Part shown: positions 53,667-62,350 of the stretch, piece after piece
How the letters are laid out: each line of letters starts with the position of its first letter
Position numbering within the stretch: position 1 is the first letter of the stretch
Assembly: GCA_964628455.1 (NCBI GenBank)
Contig: CAZVPD010000003.1
Span: forward strand, 2,046-66,045
From: an uncultured Lachnospiraceae bacterium
Lineage (GTDB): Bacteria > Bacillota > Clostridia > Oscillospirales > CAG-272
Direction of reading: 5' to 3'
Length of the DNA: 64,000 nt
Made by a program: the position numbers and the translations under genes
The notes under the pieces: model-generated
Seen by the model: the letters and a program-made list of their open reading frames with translations, nothing else
The model's database searches: none
What the model was told of the DNA's origin: nothing

Positions 53667-55097
53667 TCAGTGACGGAGTTGAATATGGGTAAGGATTTTA
53701 TATTCCTCGTAGTCTATTCCCCGCAGAATATTTTCAAGCTCCTCGTCACCCATGACCGTATTTCGCCCCGCGGCATATTCGGTATCGACCGCTTCCTTCA
53801 TTTTTATCACTATTTCGGAACGCTTATCGATAGCCTCTTCTCCGACAAGCCTGAAAAAGCTGTTTATCCAGTGTGCGATCCCGGCAAGACCGCTGTGTGA
53901 GTCGACGGCAACCGAAGCCGGCCGGTTGAGAATTTTTGCGGTATTGAAAATATTATAAATCTCTTCGTCTTTAAGCAGTCCGTCGGCATGAATTCCCGCC
54001 CGTGTGACATTGAAATTGCGTCCGACAAAAGGAGTGCGGGCCGGAATCTCATAACCTATTTCATCTTCGAAATAACGTGCGATTTCGGTAATGACCGAAA
54101 GGTCCATCCCGTCGGTCGTCCCGCGCAGTGAGGCGTATTCGATCGCCATTGCCTCAAGCGGGCAGTTGCCCGTTCTTTCGCCGATACCGAGCATAGAGCA
54201 GTTCACGCTCGATGCGCCGTACAGCCATGCTGTGGAAGCATTGGTAACCACTTTGTAGAAGTCATTGTGTCCGTGCCATTCAAGCATTTCGGAAGGAACT
54301 CCGGCATAATGCATGATGCCGTAAATTATCCCCTGAACAGAACGCGGAAGCGCGGTGCCGGGATATGAAACCCCGAAACCCATCGTGTCGCATGCCCTTA
54401 TTTTTATCGGAATACCGCTTTCGCGAGATAGGTCGTTGAGAGCTGCCGCAAGCGGGACCACAAAGCCGTAAAAATCCGCACGTGTGATGTCTTCAAAGTG
54501 GCAGCGGGGGCGTATGCCGTGTTCAAGAACATTTCTGACAATCCCGATATATTTTTCCATGGCTTCCGCGCGGGTAAGCTTCATCTTATTGTAAATATGA
54601 TAATCGGAACAGGAGACGAGTATGCCCGTTTCTTTTATACCGAGCTGCTTGACAAGTTCGAAATCTTTTTCGTTAGCCCGTATCCAGCTCGTTATTTCGG
54701 GAAACCGGTATCCCCGATCCATGCATTCGCGCAGCGCTTCCCGGTCTTTTTCCGTATAGACAAAAAACTCGCTCTGACGGATGATTCCCTTTTCTCCGCC
54801 GAGTTTATGGAGAAGGGTATATAGGTCGACAATCTGCTTCACCGTAAACGGTGAAGTTGACTGCTGACCGTCGCGGAAGGTTGTATCGGTTATCCATATG
54901 TTTTCGGGCATGTTGATCGGTACCGAACGGTGATTGAAAGACACTTTGGGTATACTGTCGTAATCAAACAAATGACGGTACAGATTGGGCGTTTCCCGAT
55001 CCTGCAGCTGGTAGCGGTAAGCGGATTGTTCAAGCAGTTTGGTTGTCTCCGAATAATAGAGAACGGTCGCCGGATTCTTCTCGTTTTCGTTATGCAT
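53667..55097 (-). CDS. HMGL-like (DRE-TIM) isopropylmalate/homocitrate/Re-citrate synthase family protein
   Basis: 476 aa. Contains WITDTTFRDGQQS and HGHNDFYKVVTNAS. About 75-aa N-terminal extension before the catalytic barrel. Confidence 0.75.
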   Translation of the reverse strand: MHNENEKNPATVLYYSETTKLLEQSAYRYQLQDRETPNLYRHLFDYDSIPKVSFNHRSVPINMPENIWITDTTFRDGQQSTSPFTVKQIVDLYTLLHKLGGEKGIIRQSEFFVYTEKDREALRECMDRGYRFPEITSWIRANEKDFELVKQLGIKETGILVSCSDYHIYNKMKLTRAEAMEKYIGIVRNVLEHGIRPRCHFEDITRADFYGFVVPLAAALNDLSRESGIPIKIRACDTMGFGVSYPGTALPRSVQGIIYGIMHYAGVPSEMLEWHGHNDFYKVVTNASTAWLYGASSVNCSMLGIGERTGNCPLEAMAIEYASLRGTTDGMDLSVITEIARYFEDEIGYEIPARTPFVGRNFNVTRAGIHADGLLKDEEIYNIFNTAKILNRPASVAVDSHSGLAGIAHWINSFFRLVGEEAIDKRSEIVIKMKEAVDTEYAAGRNTVMGDEELENILRGIDYEEYKILTHIQLRH

Positions 55098-55563
55098 AAT
55101 TTTTTATACTCACTTTCATTTGCAGGCTTCGGCTGCGGCTTTTTTTATTGTTATATACCCGCATTTATATAACAATTATCCTTTATTATAATTGCTATAC
55201 GGCTGGTTGTCCGTGTTTCCGTTTACAGCGTAACAGTATTATTATACACAGGTATATGAAATTTTGCAATAGCATTTCCTTCATTTTTAGATTGAATTTA
55301 TTAAAATAATTGTTAATTTTATAAAACCTCTTTACTTATAACTATATTCTGATATAATTTAGGTGTTGAGCCGAAACCGAAAAGCGATTATTTCATATTG
55401 TTTTTTTATCATCGGAGCGGTATTTGAACGTGCTTCCGCTGTTTTTGATTTTAATATTCTTCTTCGGTCCCGATGCCGTGCCGGGTTTCTTTTATACCGG
55501 AACATCATAAAACAATCCTATTTGTTTTTTTCCGTTATAATTTCAAACAAACATAAAAATACA

Positions 55564-55592
55564 TTGTCTTTTCCGTGACGATGTACTATAAT
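55564..55592 (+). promoter_or_regulatory. candidate promoter of the TIM-barrel/oxidoreductase operon
   Basis: TTGTCT (55564-55569), 17-nt spacer, TATAAT (55587-55592), 92 nt upstream of ATG 55685. Confidence 0.5.
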
Positions 55593-55684
55593 GCAGTTAG
55601 ATATGTGCGATAAAACGCGCTTCTATAAATATATTCGCTCTATTTCCGGAAACAAATACTTTTTATATCAAAGGAGAAACCAAC

Positions 55685-56503
55685 ATGATCAAATTAGGCG
55701 TAAACAGCGTTCTTTTCAAAACCGTTGATTTTGCGACCGCGGCAAGAGCCATACGCAAATGCGGTTTTGACGGAGTTGAAATATCCGGCATACAGGGCAT
55801 GTGCGAACATCTGAATTTAGCTTCCTGGAAACAGGACAAACTGACCCTGCGCGCCATATCCGATGAAAACGAACTCCCCTTCCTTTCAACGGAACTGGCT
55901 ACCCTTGACCGGGAAAGACTTCTCCTCGCTTTTGAAGCCTGTGCCGAGATCGGGATCCCGATCGTGAATGTGGGACCGGGCGGCAAGTCGGGCGATGAGG
56001 AATCCTTAAAAGTGTCTGTCGAAACAATAGCCGCAAGGGCAGAAGACGCCGCTCAGTTCGGTATCATTCTGTGCTGCAAGGCGCATGTCGGATCTTCCGT
56101 ATACAATACGCCTACCACTCTGGCTTTGACGGAAGCTGTAAATCACCCGAACTTCGGCGTCGATATGGATCCGTCGCATATTTTCCGCGCGGGCGAAAAT
56201 CCTGCCGAGGCTCTTCCCGCTGTTATTTCCCGCGTGAAGCATATTCACATCCGCGACTGCAAAGGCCCCGGCCCGAGTCCGGGAACTCCTCAGCTGCAGG
56301 CATGCGGACGTGGCGACATCGACCTCGCCGGATATTTCCGTGCCATGGTGGAAGCCGATTATGACGGACCGGTAAGTCTTGAGGTGATAGGTCCGGACCA
56401 GGATTTACAGGCCGCTTCCATCATCGCCGCAGAAAGTTACGGTTATATGAACGCGATCCTCAAATCTCTCGGAAGAACGGCAAAACTCGTCAGAGGCAGA
56501 TAA
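55685..56503 (+). CDS. sugar phosphate isomerase/epimerase (xylose isomerase-like TIM barrel)
   Basis: 272 aa, AAGGAG RBS. Contains GFDGVEISG, VDMDPSHIFRAGE, HIHIRDCKG, SLEVIG. Confidence 0.8.
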   Translation: MIKLGVNSVLFKTVDFATAARAIRKCGFDGVEISGIQGMCEHLNLASWKQDKLTLRAISDENELPFLSTELATLDRERLLLAFEACAEIGIPIVNVGPGGKSGDEESLKVSVETIAARAEDAAQFGIILCCKAHVGSSVYNTPTTLALTEAVNHPNFGVDMDPSHIFRAGENPAEALPAVISRVKHIHIRDCKGPGPSPGTPQLQACGRGDIDLAGYFRAMVEADYDGPVSLEVIGPDQDLQAASIIAAESYGYMNAILKSLGRTAKLVRGR

Positions 56504-56564
56504 GGCGGATTCATACGGCTTATAATCCGGCATGTCTTGAAATTTATTATAAGGAGTATTGAAA

Positions 56565-57653
56565 ATGGCAAAGAAATTAAGGATCGGTATCATCGGAACA
56601 GGCGGAATAGCGCATGCCCATGCCGGCGCTTACAAGCGTTTTGAGGATGTTGAGGTTGTTGCGGGCGCGGACATCATTCCCGATAAGGCAAGGAAATTTC
56701 TTGACGAATTCGGCTGGGAGAAAGCCGATGCTTATGAGACCCACGAAGAACTCTGCGCACGCAAAGACATCGATGCCGTATCCGTGTGTACCTATAACTC
56801 GACGCATTCGGTCTGCGCCGTAGCGGCACTCGAATCGGGAAAACATGTATTGCTTGAGAAACCCATGGCGATCACGATAGAACAGGGCCTTGACATTGTC
56901 CGCGCCGAAAAAAAGAGCGGTAAAATCGTCACGATCGGATTTCAGCCCCGTTACGGCCAGAACTATAAACGCGTGAAAGAAATCATCTCATCGGGAGCCC
57001 TGGGAGATATTTATTATGTTCAGACCGGCGGCGGCCGCCGCCGCGGTATTCCCGGAGGAACATTTATAGATAAAACCAAAGCAGGCGTGGGTGCTCTTGC
57101 CGACATCGGCTGTTATGCTCTTGATTTTGCGTTGAATTCCATCGGCTATCCCCGCCCGCTGACGGTTTCCGCGGTAGCACTTGACCATTTCGGAAAAAAC
57201 CCGAAATATTACGGCAATCCCGACGCCTTTTCGGTCGATGACTTCTCCGCAGCCTTTATCCGTCTCGAAGGCGGGATCACACTGGACTTCCGCATGACCT
57301 GGGCAATGCATATGGACACGACCGGAGATTTCATCTTCCTCGGCAAGGAAGCGGGACTCAAAGTCAAACAGCCTAACCTCGAACTCTGGGGAGGCGCGTG
57401 GGACGGCACCGTCGGCGATATCACGCTGTATCACGATGTCCTCGGCTATCCCACCAGTACTCCGATCCCGATCAACCGCGATGAAAAAGGCGATCTTTTC
57501 GGCTCCAAGGTGCGTGCTTTCGTCGATGCGGTCAAAACAAAAGGTCCGGCGCCCATTCCGACAAGCCAGATTATCTATAACCAGGCTATTATCGACGGCA
57601 TCATCCGTTCGGCAGCCTGCGGTCATGAAGTTGACGTGACTTTTAAAATTTAA
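56565..57653 (+). CDS. Gfo/Idh/MocA family oxidoreductase (tandem paralog A)
   Basis: ATG 56565 (AAGGAG 8 nt upstream). Contains MAKKLRIGIIGTGGIAHAHA and LLEKPMAITI. Confidence 0.85.
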   Translation: MAKKLRIGIIGTGGIAHAHAGAYKRFEDVEVVAGADIIPDKARKFLDEFGWEKADAYETHEELCARKDIDAVSVCTYNSTHSVCAVAALESGKHVLLEKPMAITIEQGLDIVRAEKKSGKIVTIGFQPRYGQNYKRVKEIISSGALGDIYYVQTGGGRRRGIPGGTFIDKTKAGVGALADIGCYALDFALNSIGYPRPLTVSAVALDHFGKNPKYYGNPDAFSVDDFSAAFIRLEGGITLDFRMTWAMHMDTTGDFIFLGKEAGLKVKQPNLELWGGAWDGTVGDITLYHDVLGYPTSTPIPINRDEKGDLFGSKVRAFVDAVKTKGPAPIPTSQIIYNQAIIDGIIRSAACGHEVDVTFKI

Positions 57654-57749
57654 AGCAAAAATATACGTCTTTGCTCTCCGAATCGCCAAGATGTCGGTGT
57701 ATTTCGATTGAAACCGTCTCCCTCTTATTTCAATAAGGAGCAACCCAAC

Positions 57750-58841
57750 ATGGATAAACTCAGAATCGGCATTATAGGCACGGGCGGTATAGCCGGCTCT
57801 CATGCAAAAGTATACAAAAGCTTTAAGGATATCGAACTTGTCGCCGGCGCTGACATCATACCCGGTAAAGCGAGAGCTTTCCTCGACAGTTACGGGTTCC
57901 CGGACGCTGATGCCTATGAAACCTGTGAAGAGCTCTGCAGCCGCGATGACATAGATGCGGTTTCCGTCTGCACGTATAACTCGGCTCATGCGGTCTGCGC
58001 CATTGCCGCGCTTGAGTCCGGTAAATATGTCCTGCTTGAAAAGCCGATGTGCGTCACGCTTGCCGAAGGACTCGAAATCATGCGGGCTGAAAAATCGTCC
58101 GGTAAATTTGTTACGGTCGGCTTTCAGCCTCGTTATAATGAAAATTTCAAAACGATCAAGCGTATAGTGGATGCCGGAACCCTCGGAAAAATATATTATG
58201 TTCAGGTCGGCGGTTCACGCCGACGCGGTATCCCCGGAGGCACTTTCATCGATAAAGAAAAAGCAGTGTTCGGCGCGATCGGAGACCTCGGCTGTTATTC
58301 CCTGGACCTGTCTCTGAATTCCATCGGATATCCGAAGCCTTTGACTGTATCGGCCTACACTTCCGATTACTTCGGGACAAATCCGAAATACTACTCCGAA
58401 GCCTCCCGGTTCACAGTGGATGATTTTTCCGCAGCGTTTATACGTCTCGAAGGCGACATCATCCTTGACTACCGCATGGCATGGGCCATGCATATGGATA
58501 TATGCAGCGAATTTGTCATACTCGGCACAGACGCCGGTCTTAAGACAAAAGCACCCGAGCCAAACCCGCTCTGGGGTTCAATCATCGGCGGCGACATTGC
58601 CGGACTTTACCTCATGCACGACGACGAAAAAGGTTCGCCCGTTTCAACGAAGATAGAACTTCCCCCTACGCCGTATGACCAGTTCGCGATGAAGATCCGG
58701 GATTTTTGCGATGCTGTCGTGAACAAACGGGAAGCCCCGATCCCCACCTCTCAGATCATACGCAATCAGGCGATCATCGACGCCATGCTCATCTCCGCGA
58801 GGGAGCGCTGTGAGGTCAAAGTAGAGATCCCCGAAATATAA
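57750..58841 (+). CDS. Gfo/Idh/MocA family oxidoreductase (tandem paralog B)
   Basis: ORF trimmed to ATG 57750 (AAGGAG RBS). Contains MDKLRIGIIGTGGIAGSHA and LLEKPMCVTL. Collinear with paralog A over its full length. Confidence 0.85.
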   Translation: MDKLRIGIIGTGGIAGSHAKVYKSFKDIELVAGADIIPGKARAFLDSYGFPDADAYETCEELCSRDDIDAVSVCTYNSAHAVCAIAALESGKYVLLEKPMCVTLAEGLEIMRAEKSSGKFVTVGFQPRYNENFKTIKRIVDAGTLGKIYYVQVGGSRRRGIPGGTFIDKEKAVFGAIGDLGCYSLDLSLNSIGYPKPLTVSAYTSDYFGTNPKYYSEASRFTVDDFSAAFIRLEGDIILDYRMAWAMHMDICSEFVILGTDAGLKTKAPEPNPLWGSIIGGDIAGLYLMHDDEKGSPVSTKIELPPTPYDQFAMKIRDFCDAVVNKREAPIPTSQIIRNQAIIDAMLISARERCEVKVEIPEI

Positions 58842-58888
58842 AATCCTGTTTTAAAAAATCATAAAAAAAACAAAAGGAGAAATAAACA

Positions 58889-60280
58889 ATGCCAAAAAAA
58901 CCGAATATTCTCTTCTTCGGAATAGACAGTCTTCGCAGCGATTTGACCAGTTTATACGGTTATAAAAAGAAGACGACCCCTCATATCGAAAAATTCCTGG
59001 AAAAAGACTCTGTCGTATTTGACAAAATGTTCAGTCCTTCGATCCCCACCACGCCGGGTTACGCCTCCATGCTCTCGGGCATGGACTGCTTCGGCACCGA
59101 TGTCGTAGCTCTCCGCCATCAGGGCGGCATCAGGGAGGACCTTGTTTCTCTTCCCGATGTTCTGGCCGCCAACGGATATAATACCACAAACATAGGATAC
59201 GGATTCAAAGGATTCCAGACAAACCTGAATTATCCCATCAGCTGGGGTGCCTGGGAATCCGGACGCTCGGCAAAAGCCGAAAGCATGAATACCGTGGCGG
59301 TGCCCGAACTTGAAAGACTCGCCAAAGAAGACAAACCCTTCTTCCTGTTTTTGCGCCATATGGACCCGCATTCGCCCTATCTTCCCCCTCAGCCTTTCGA
59401 GAGAATGTTCTACTCCGGAAATGAATTCGATCCGGAAAACAAGTCGCTTGAACCGGTCTACAATTTCGTTCCGTTCAGAGACTACTTCTATACCTGGTTC
59501 CCGCCGGGATGTACGGATGCCGAATACATCAACGCCCAATACGAAGGCGCCGTGGCATATATGGATTCCTGCATATCCATCATTTTGAACAAACTTGAAT
59601 ATCTGGGAATAGCAGACAACACCATTGTCGTTTTTACCTCCGATCACGGCGAAACGTTATATGACCACGACTGCTATTTTGACCATCACTCCATGTATGA
59701 CAACTGCCTTACCGTTCCGCTTGCGATAAAATATCCGAACGGCAGCAGAAAATACTTCCGCAACTGCGACCACCGCAAAGAATATGCGCAGACCAAGGAC
59801 ATCATGCCTACGGTGCTTGCACTTGCCGGAATCGAAACCGACATCCGTTTCGACGGGCGGAACCTGTTTGACGTCATAGACGGCAAAGCACCTCAGGAAC
59901 CGGAGTTCTATATAACTGAGGCGACCTGGATGCGCAAGCACGGCTGGCGTACTCCCGAATGGAAGCTTATGGTCGCGCTTGAACCCGACTTCCACTTCAA
60001 ACCTCCGGTTGAGCTTTACAACCTTGTGAAGGACCCGAAAGAATACAATAACCTTGCCGATAAAGAACCGGAAATCGTGAAGCTTCTCACCGACCGCATG
60101 CTGGCTCATATCGCAAAACGCGAAGCCGAAACCGGCAGAACAGCCCCTATCTATACCAACCTGAACTGGAACGGATTCGGCCGTCCGTTCGCTTCTTCGG
60201 AAGAAGCGTACAATACCCTTCATATCGGCGATCCGGAAGCGGCGAAGAAACTTCAGGAAGTACTCAACAAGAAAAAGTAA
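58889..60280 (+). CDS. sulfatase-fold (alkaline phosphatase superfamily) protein lacking the formylglycine motif
   Basis: 463 aa. KPNILFFGIDSLRSD metal-binding N terminus. At the position of C/S-x-P-x-R it reads SIPTTPGYASMLSG. Later contains TSDHGE. No signal peptide. Confidence 0.8.
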   Translation: MPKKPNILFFGIDSLRSDLTSLYGYKKKTTPHIEKFLEKDSVVFDKMFSPSIPTTPGYASMLSGMDCFGTDVVALRHQGGIREDLVSLPDVLAANGYNTTNIGYGFKGFQTNLNYPISWGAWESGRSAKAESMNTVAVPELERLAKEDKPFFLFLRHMDPHSPYLPPQPFERMFYSGNEFDPENKSLEPVYNFVPFRDYFYTWFPPGCTDAEYINAQYEGAVAYMDSCISIILNKLEYLGIADNTIVVFTSDHGETLYDHDCYFDHHSMYDNCLTVPLAIKYPNGSRKYFRNCDHRKEYAQTKDIMPTVLALAGIETDIRFDGRNLFDVIDGKAPQEPEFYITEATWMRKHGWRTPEWKLMVALEPDFHFKPPVELYNLVKDPKEYNNLADKEPEIVKLLTDRMLAHIAKREAETGRTAPIYTNLNWNGFGRPFASSEEAYNTLHIGDPEAAKKLQEVLNKKK

Positions 60281-60315
60281 AATCACAGGATTCCGGACAG
60301 TTCCGGAAAAGTTCG

Positions 60316-60378
60316 GCATACCGGACGCGCTGAATTTATTTCTTCGGGAAATACCTGCGTCCGGCCCGTCCGGTATGC
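60316..60378 (+). terminator. long hairpin, candidate terminator/attenuator
   Basis: GCATACCGGACG (60316-60327) pairs perfectly with CGTCCGGTATGC (60367-78), followed by tgATTTTAtatt. Alternative 8-bp pairing: CCGGACGC (60321-28) with GCGTCCGG (60357-64). Confidence 0.35.
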
Positions 60379-60407
60379 TGATTTTATATTAAGGAAGGCA
60401 AAAAATC

Positions 60408-61418
60408 ATGCAACGAATATGCGTCATCGGCATGGGTCCTATCGGCAATACGCACGCGCGCGCTTACCGCGACTGCCCCGGAGCGGAACTGGTCGGAGTA
60501 TGCGACCTGATCCCGGAACGCGCCGAAACCGCTTCGAAGACATACGGCGTGCCGTATTACCTCGACGCCGTGAAAATGCTCGCAGAACTGAAACCCGATA
60601 TCGTCAGCGTCACCACCGGCGGAAAAGAATATTCATCCGACCACTATCTGCCGACCATTCAGGCGCTGGAAGCGGGATGTCATGTCCTCGGGGAAAAGCC
60701 GATATCCGATGATCTGCGTCACGCCCGGGAAATGGTCGATACCGCAAAACGTCTCGGACGCTGTTACGGCATCGACATGAATCACAGGTTCACACCTCCC
60801 GCGCGCCAGGCCGAAAAATGGATGGCAGACGGACGGATAGGAGAACTCCTGTTCTGCAATATGGCTCTCTGGATCGGAAAATTCATGCCGCTCGATTCGG
60901 AATATTACCACCTGAAGGCTTTAAATCCGCACAGCGTCAATATCATGCAGCACTTCTGCGGCCCGGTCGACGAGGTTTCCTGCTTTGCCTATAAGGCGAA
61001 GGGACGCGACATCTGGTCAACAGCCTCCATCAATATGCGTTTCAGGTGCGGCGCAGTCGGTCATCTGACCTCCTCTTACGATATCCGCCGCGGTCATCCT
61101 ATGGAACGCTGCGAAGTGGCGGGTACGGAAGGACGTTTCGTATTTGAAGACATGTGGAGGCAGGCGACTTTATATCCCTCCGAAACCTATCTGAAAGAAG
61201 TTTACACCAATCCTGTTTTTGACGGCTACCGTGATTTCGAAGATACCTTCCGCTGCCGTATTCATACTTTCGTGCAGCAGATCGAAAACGGCGCAAAGCC
61301 GGATGAAATCGACGGTTCGGGCGTCGAAGGACTGGAAGCGCAGCGTGTCATTCACGCGGCAATCGCATCCATAAAGAACAACGGCGCCGTAATAAAGGTA
61401 GCCGATGTCACGGAATAA
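60408..61418 (+). CDS. Gfo/Idh/MocA family oxidoreductase
   Basis: 336 aa. Contains MQRICVIGMGPIGNTHA and VLGEKPISDDL. AAGGAAGG RBS. Confidence 0.85.
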   Translation: MQRICVIGMGPIGNTHARAYRDCPGAELVGVCDLIPERAETASKTYGVPYYLDAVKMLAELKPDIVSVTTGGKEYSSDHYLPTIQALEAGCHVLGEKPISDDLRHAREMVDTAKRLGRCYGIDMNHRFTPPARQAEKWMADGRIGELLFCNMALWIGKFMPLDSEYYHLKALNPHSVNIMQHFCGPVDEVSCFAYKAKGRDIWSTASINMRFRCGAVGHLTSSYDIRRGHPMERCEVAGTEGRFVFEDMWRQATLYPSETYLKEVYTNPVFDGYRDFEDTFRCRIHTFVQQIENGAKPDEIDGSGVEGLEAQRVIHAAIASIKNNGAVIKVADVTE

Positions 61419-61453
61419 CCCGCTTTCCCCTCCCCGCCAGAAGGAGACACCCT

Positions 61454-62317
61454 ATGTCAACCCCCGGATTTCTCGACGACAGTCTTTTTGACGCCGGCAG
61501 CGTAAAAATACGGGTCATGTCCGCCGAACACAACGGCAAAACATGGCTTCACCGCCATGCGTTTTACGAATTTGTATACATCGATACCGGGTTTACGCTG
61601 CACTCGCATGACGGAAGAACCTCCGTGCTTACTGCGGGAGACCTGTTCGCGATCTGTCCGAATGAAGCGCATTCCTACAGCAGTTCCTACCACACCAATC
61701 TGTATAACTGCCTGTTTTACCTTGAAGAACTGTCGGGATTAAGCGATGAGATCCTTTCCCTGCCCGGAATGGGCGAACTTCTCCACAGCGGCGGAACGCC
61801 TTTTCCCGTACTGCATGTGGGACTTCCCGAACGCCGGGACCTGGTGCTGATACTCGAGAAGATGAAGTGGGAAAATCAAACCCGGGCTGCCGGCTGGCAG
61901 CTGAGTTTAAAAAGCCTGCTGATATCTTTTCTTATCTACTATTCGAGACTGTACTGCACCGAGCAAACTGTCCGCAAAAGTCAGGACGGGGGCGGATATT
62001 ACAGTTATATTTACCGTGCGCTCGAATACATCGAGCAGAATTATAAAAACGACATAGGCGGCCGCGAAATTGCGGAATGCACCGGGTTATCACATGATTA
62101 TGTTGCCAAACAGTTCAAGAATATCCTGTCTATGACTCCGAGTGAGTATATCCGCCGTTTCCGTGTCGCAAAATCGATGGAGCTGCTTAAAACGACGTCT
62201 ATGACTGCCGCGGAAATATCCGCGGATGTCGGATTCGGTGATATAAGCCTGTATTCACGGGTTTTTAAGCAGCTGATAGGCATTACACCCACGGCGTTCC
62301 GCAAAAGCGGTGAGTAA
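61454..62317 (+). CDS. AraC family transcriptional regulator
   Basis: 287 aa. N-terminal cupin-like sensor (HAFYEFVYIDTGFTLHSH). C-terminal double HTH (IAECTGLSHDYVAKQFK; GFGDISLYSRVFKQLIGITPTAFR). Confidence 0.85.
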   Translation: MSTPGFLDDSLFDAGSVKIRVMSAEHNGKTWLHRHAFYEFVYIDTGFTLHSHDGRTSVLTAGDLFAICPNEAHSYSSSYHTNLYNCLFYLEELSGLSDEILSLPGMGELLHSGGTPFPVLHVGLPERRDLVLILEKMKWENQTRAAGWQLSLKSLLISFLIYYSRLYCTEQTVRKSQDGGGYYSYIYRALEYIEQNYKNDIGGREIAECTGLSHDYVAKQFKNILSMTPSEYIRRFRVAKSMELLKTTSMTAAEISADVGFGDISLYSRVFKQLIGITPTAFRKSGE

Positions 62318-62350
62318 AAATCATATGCTCTGCAAAAAAAGGAGGGATAC

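Noticed and set aside
55098-55684. AT-rich gap considered as oriC
   Set aside because: There is no dnaA or dnaN nearby and no cluster of TTATCCACA-like DnaA boxes. The best match is TTATCCTTT, with two mismatches. It is better explained as a divergent promoter region.
56988-57989. 333-aa ORF antisense across the two tandem oxidoreductase genes
   Set aside because: It crosses the intergenic spacer between two well-supported genes, and its composition is not protein-like.
58889-60280. Annotating the sulfatase-fold gene as an arylsulfatase
   Set aside because: The C/S-x-P-x-R formylglycine motif is replaced by T-T-P-G-Y and no maturase gene is present. Only the fold-level call is kept.
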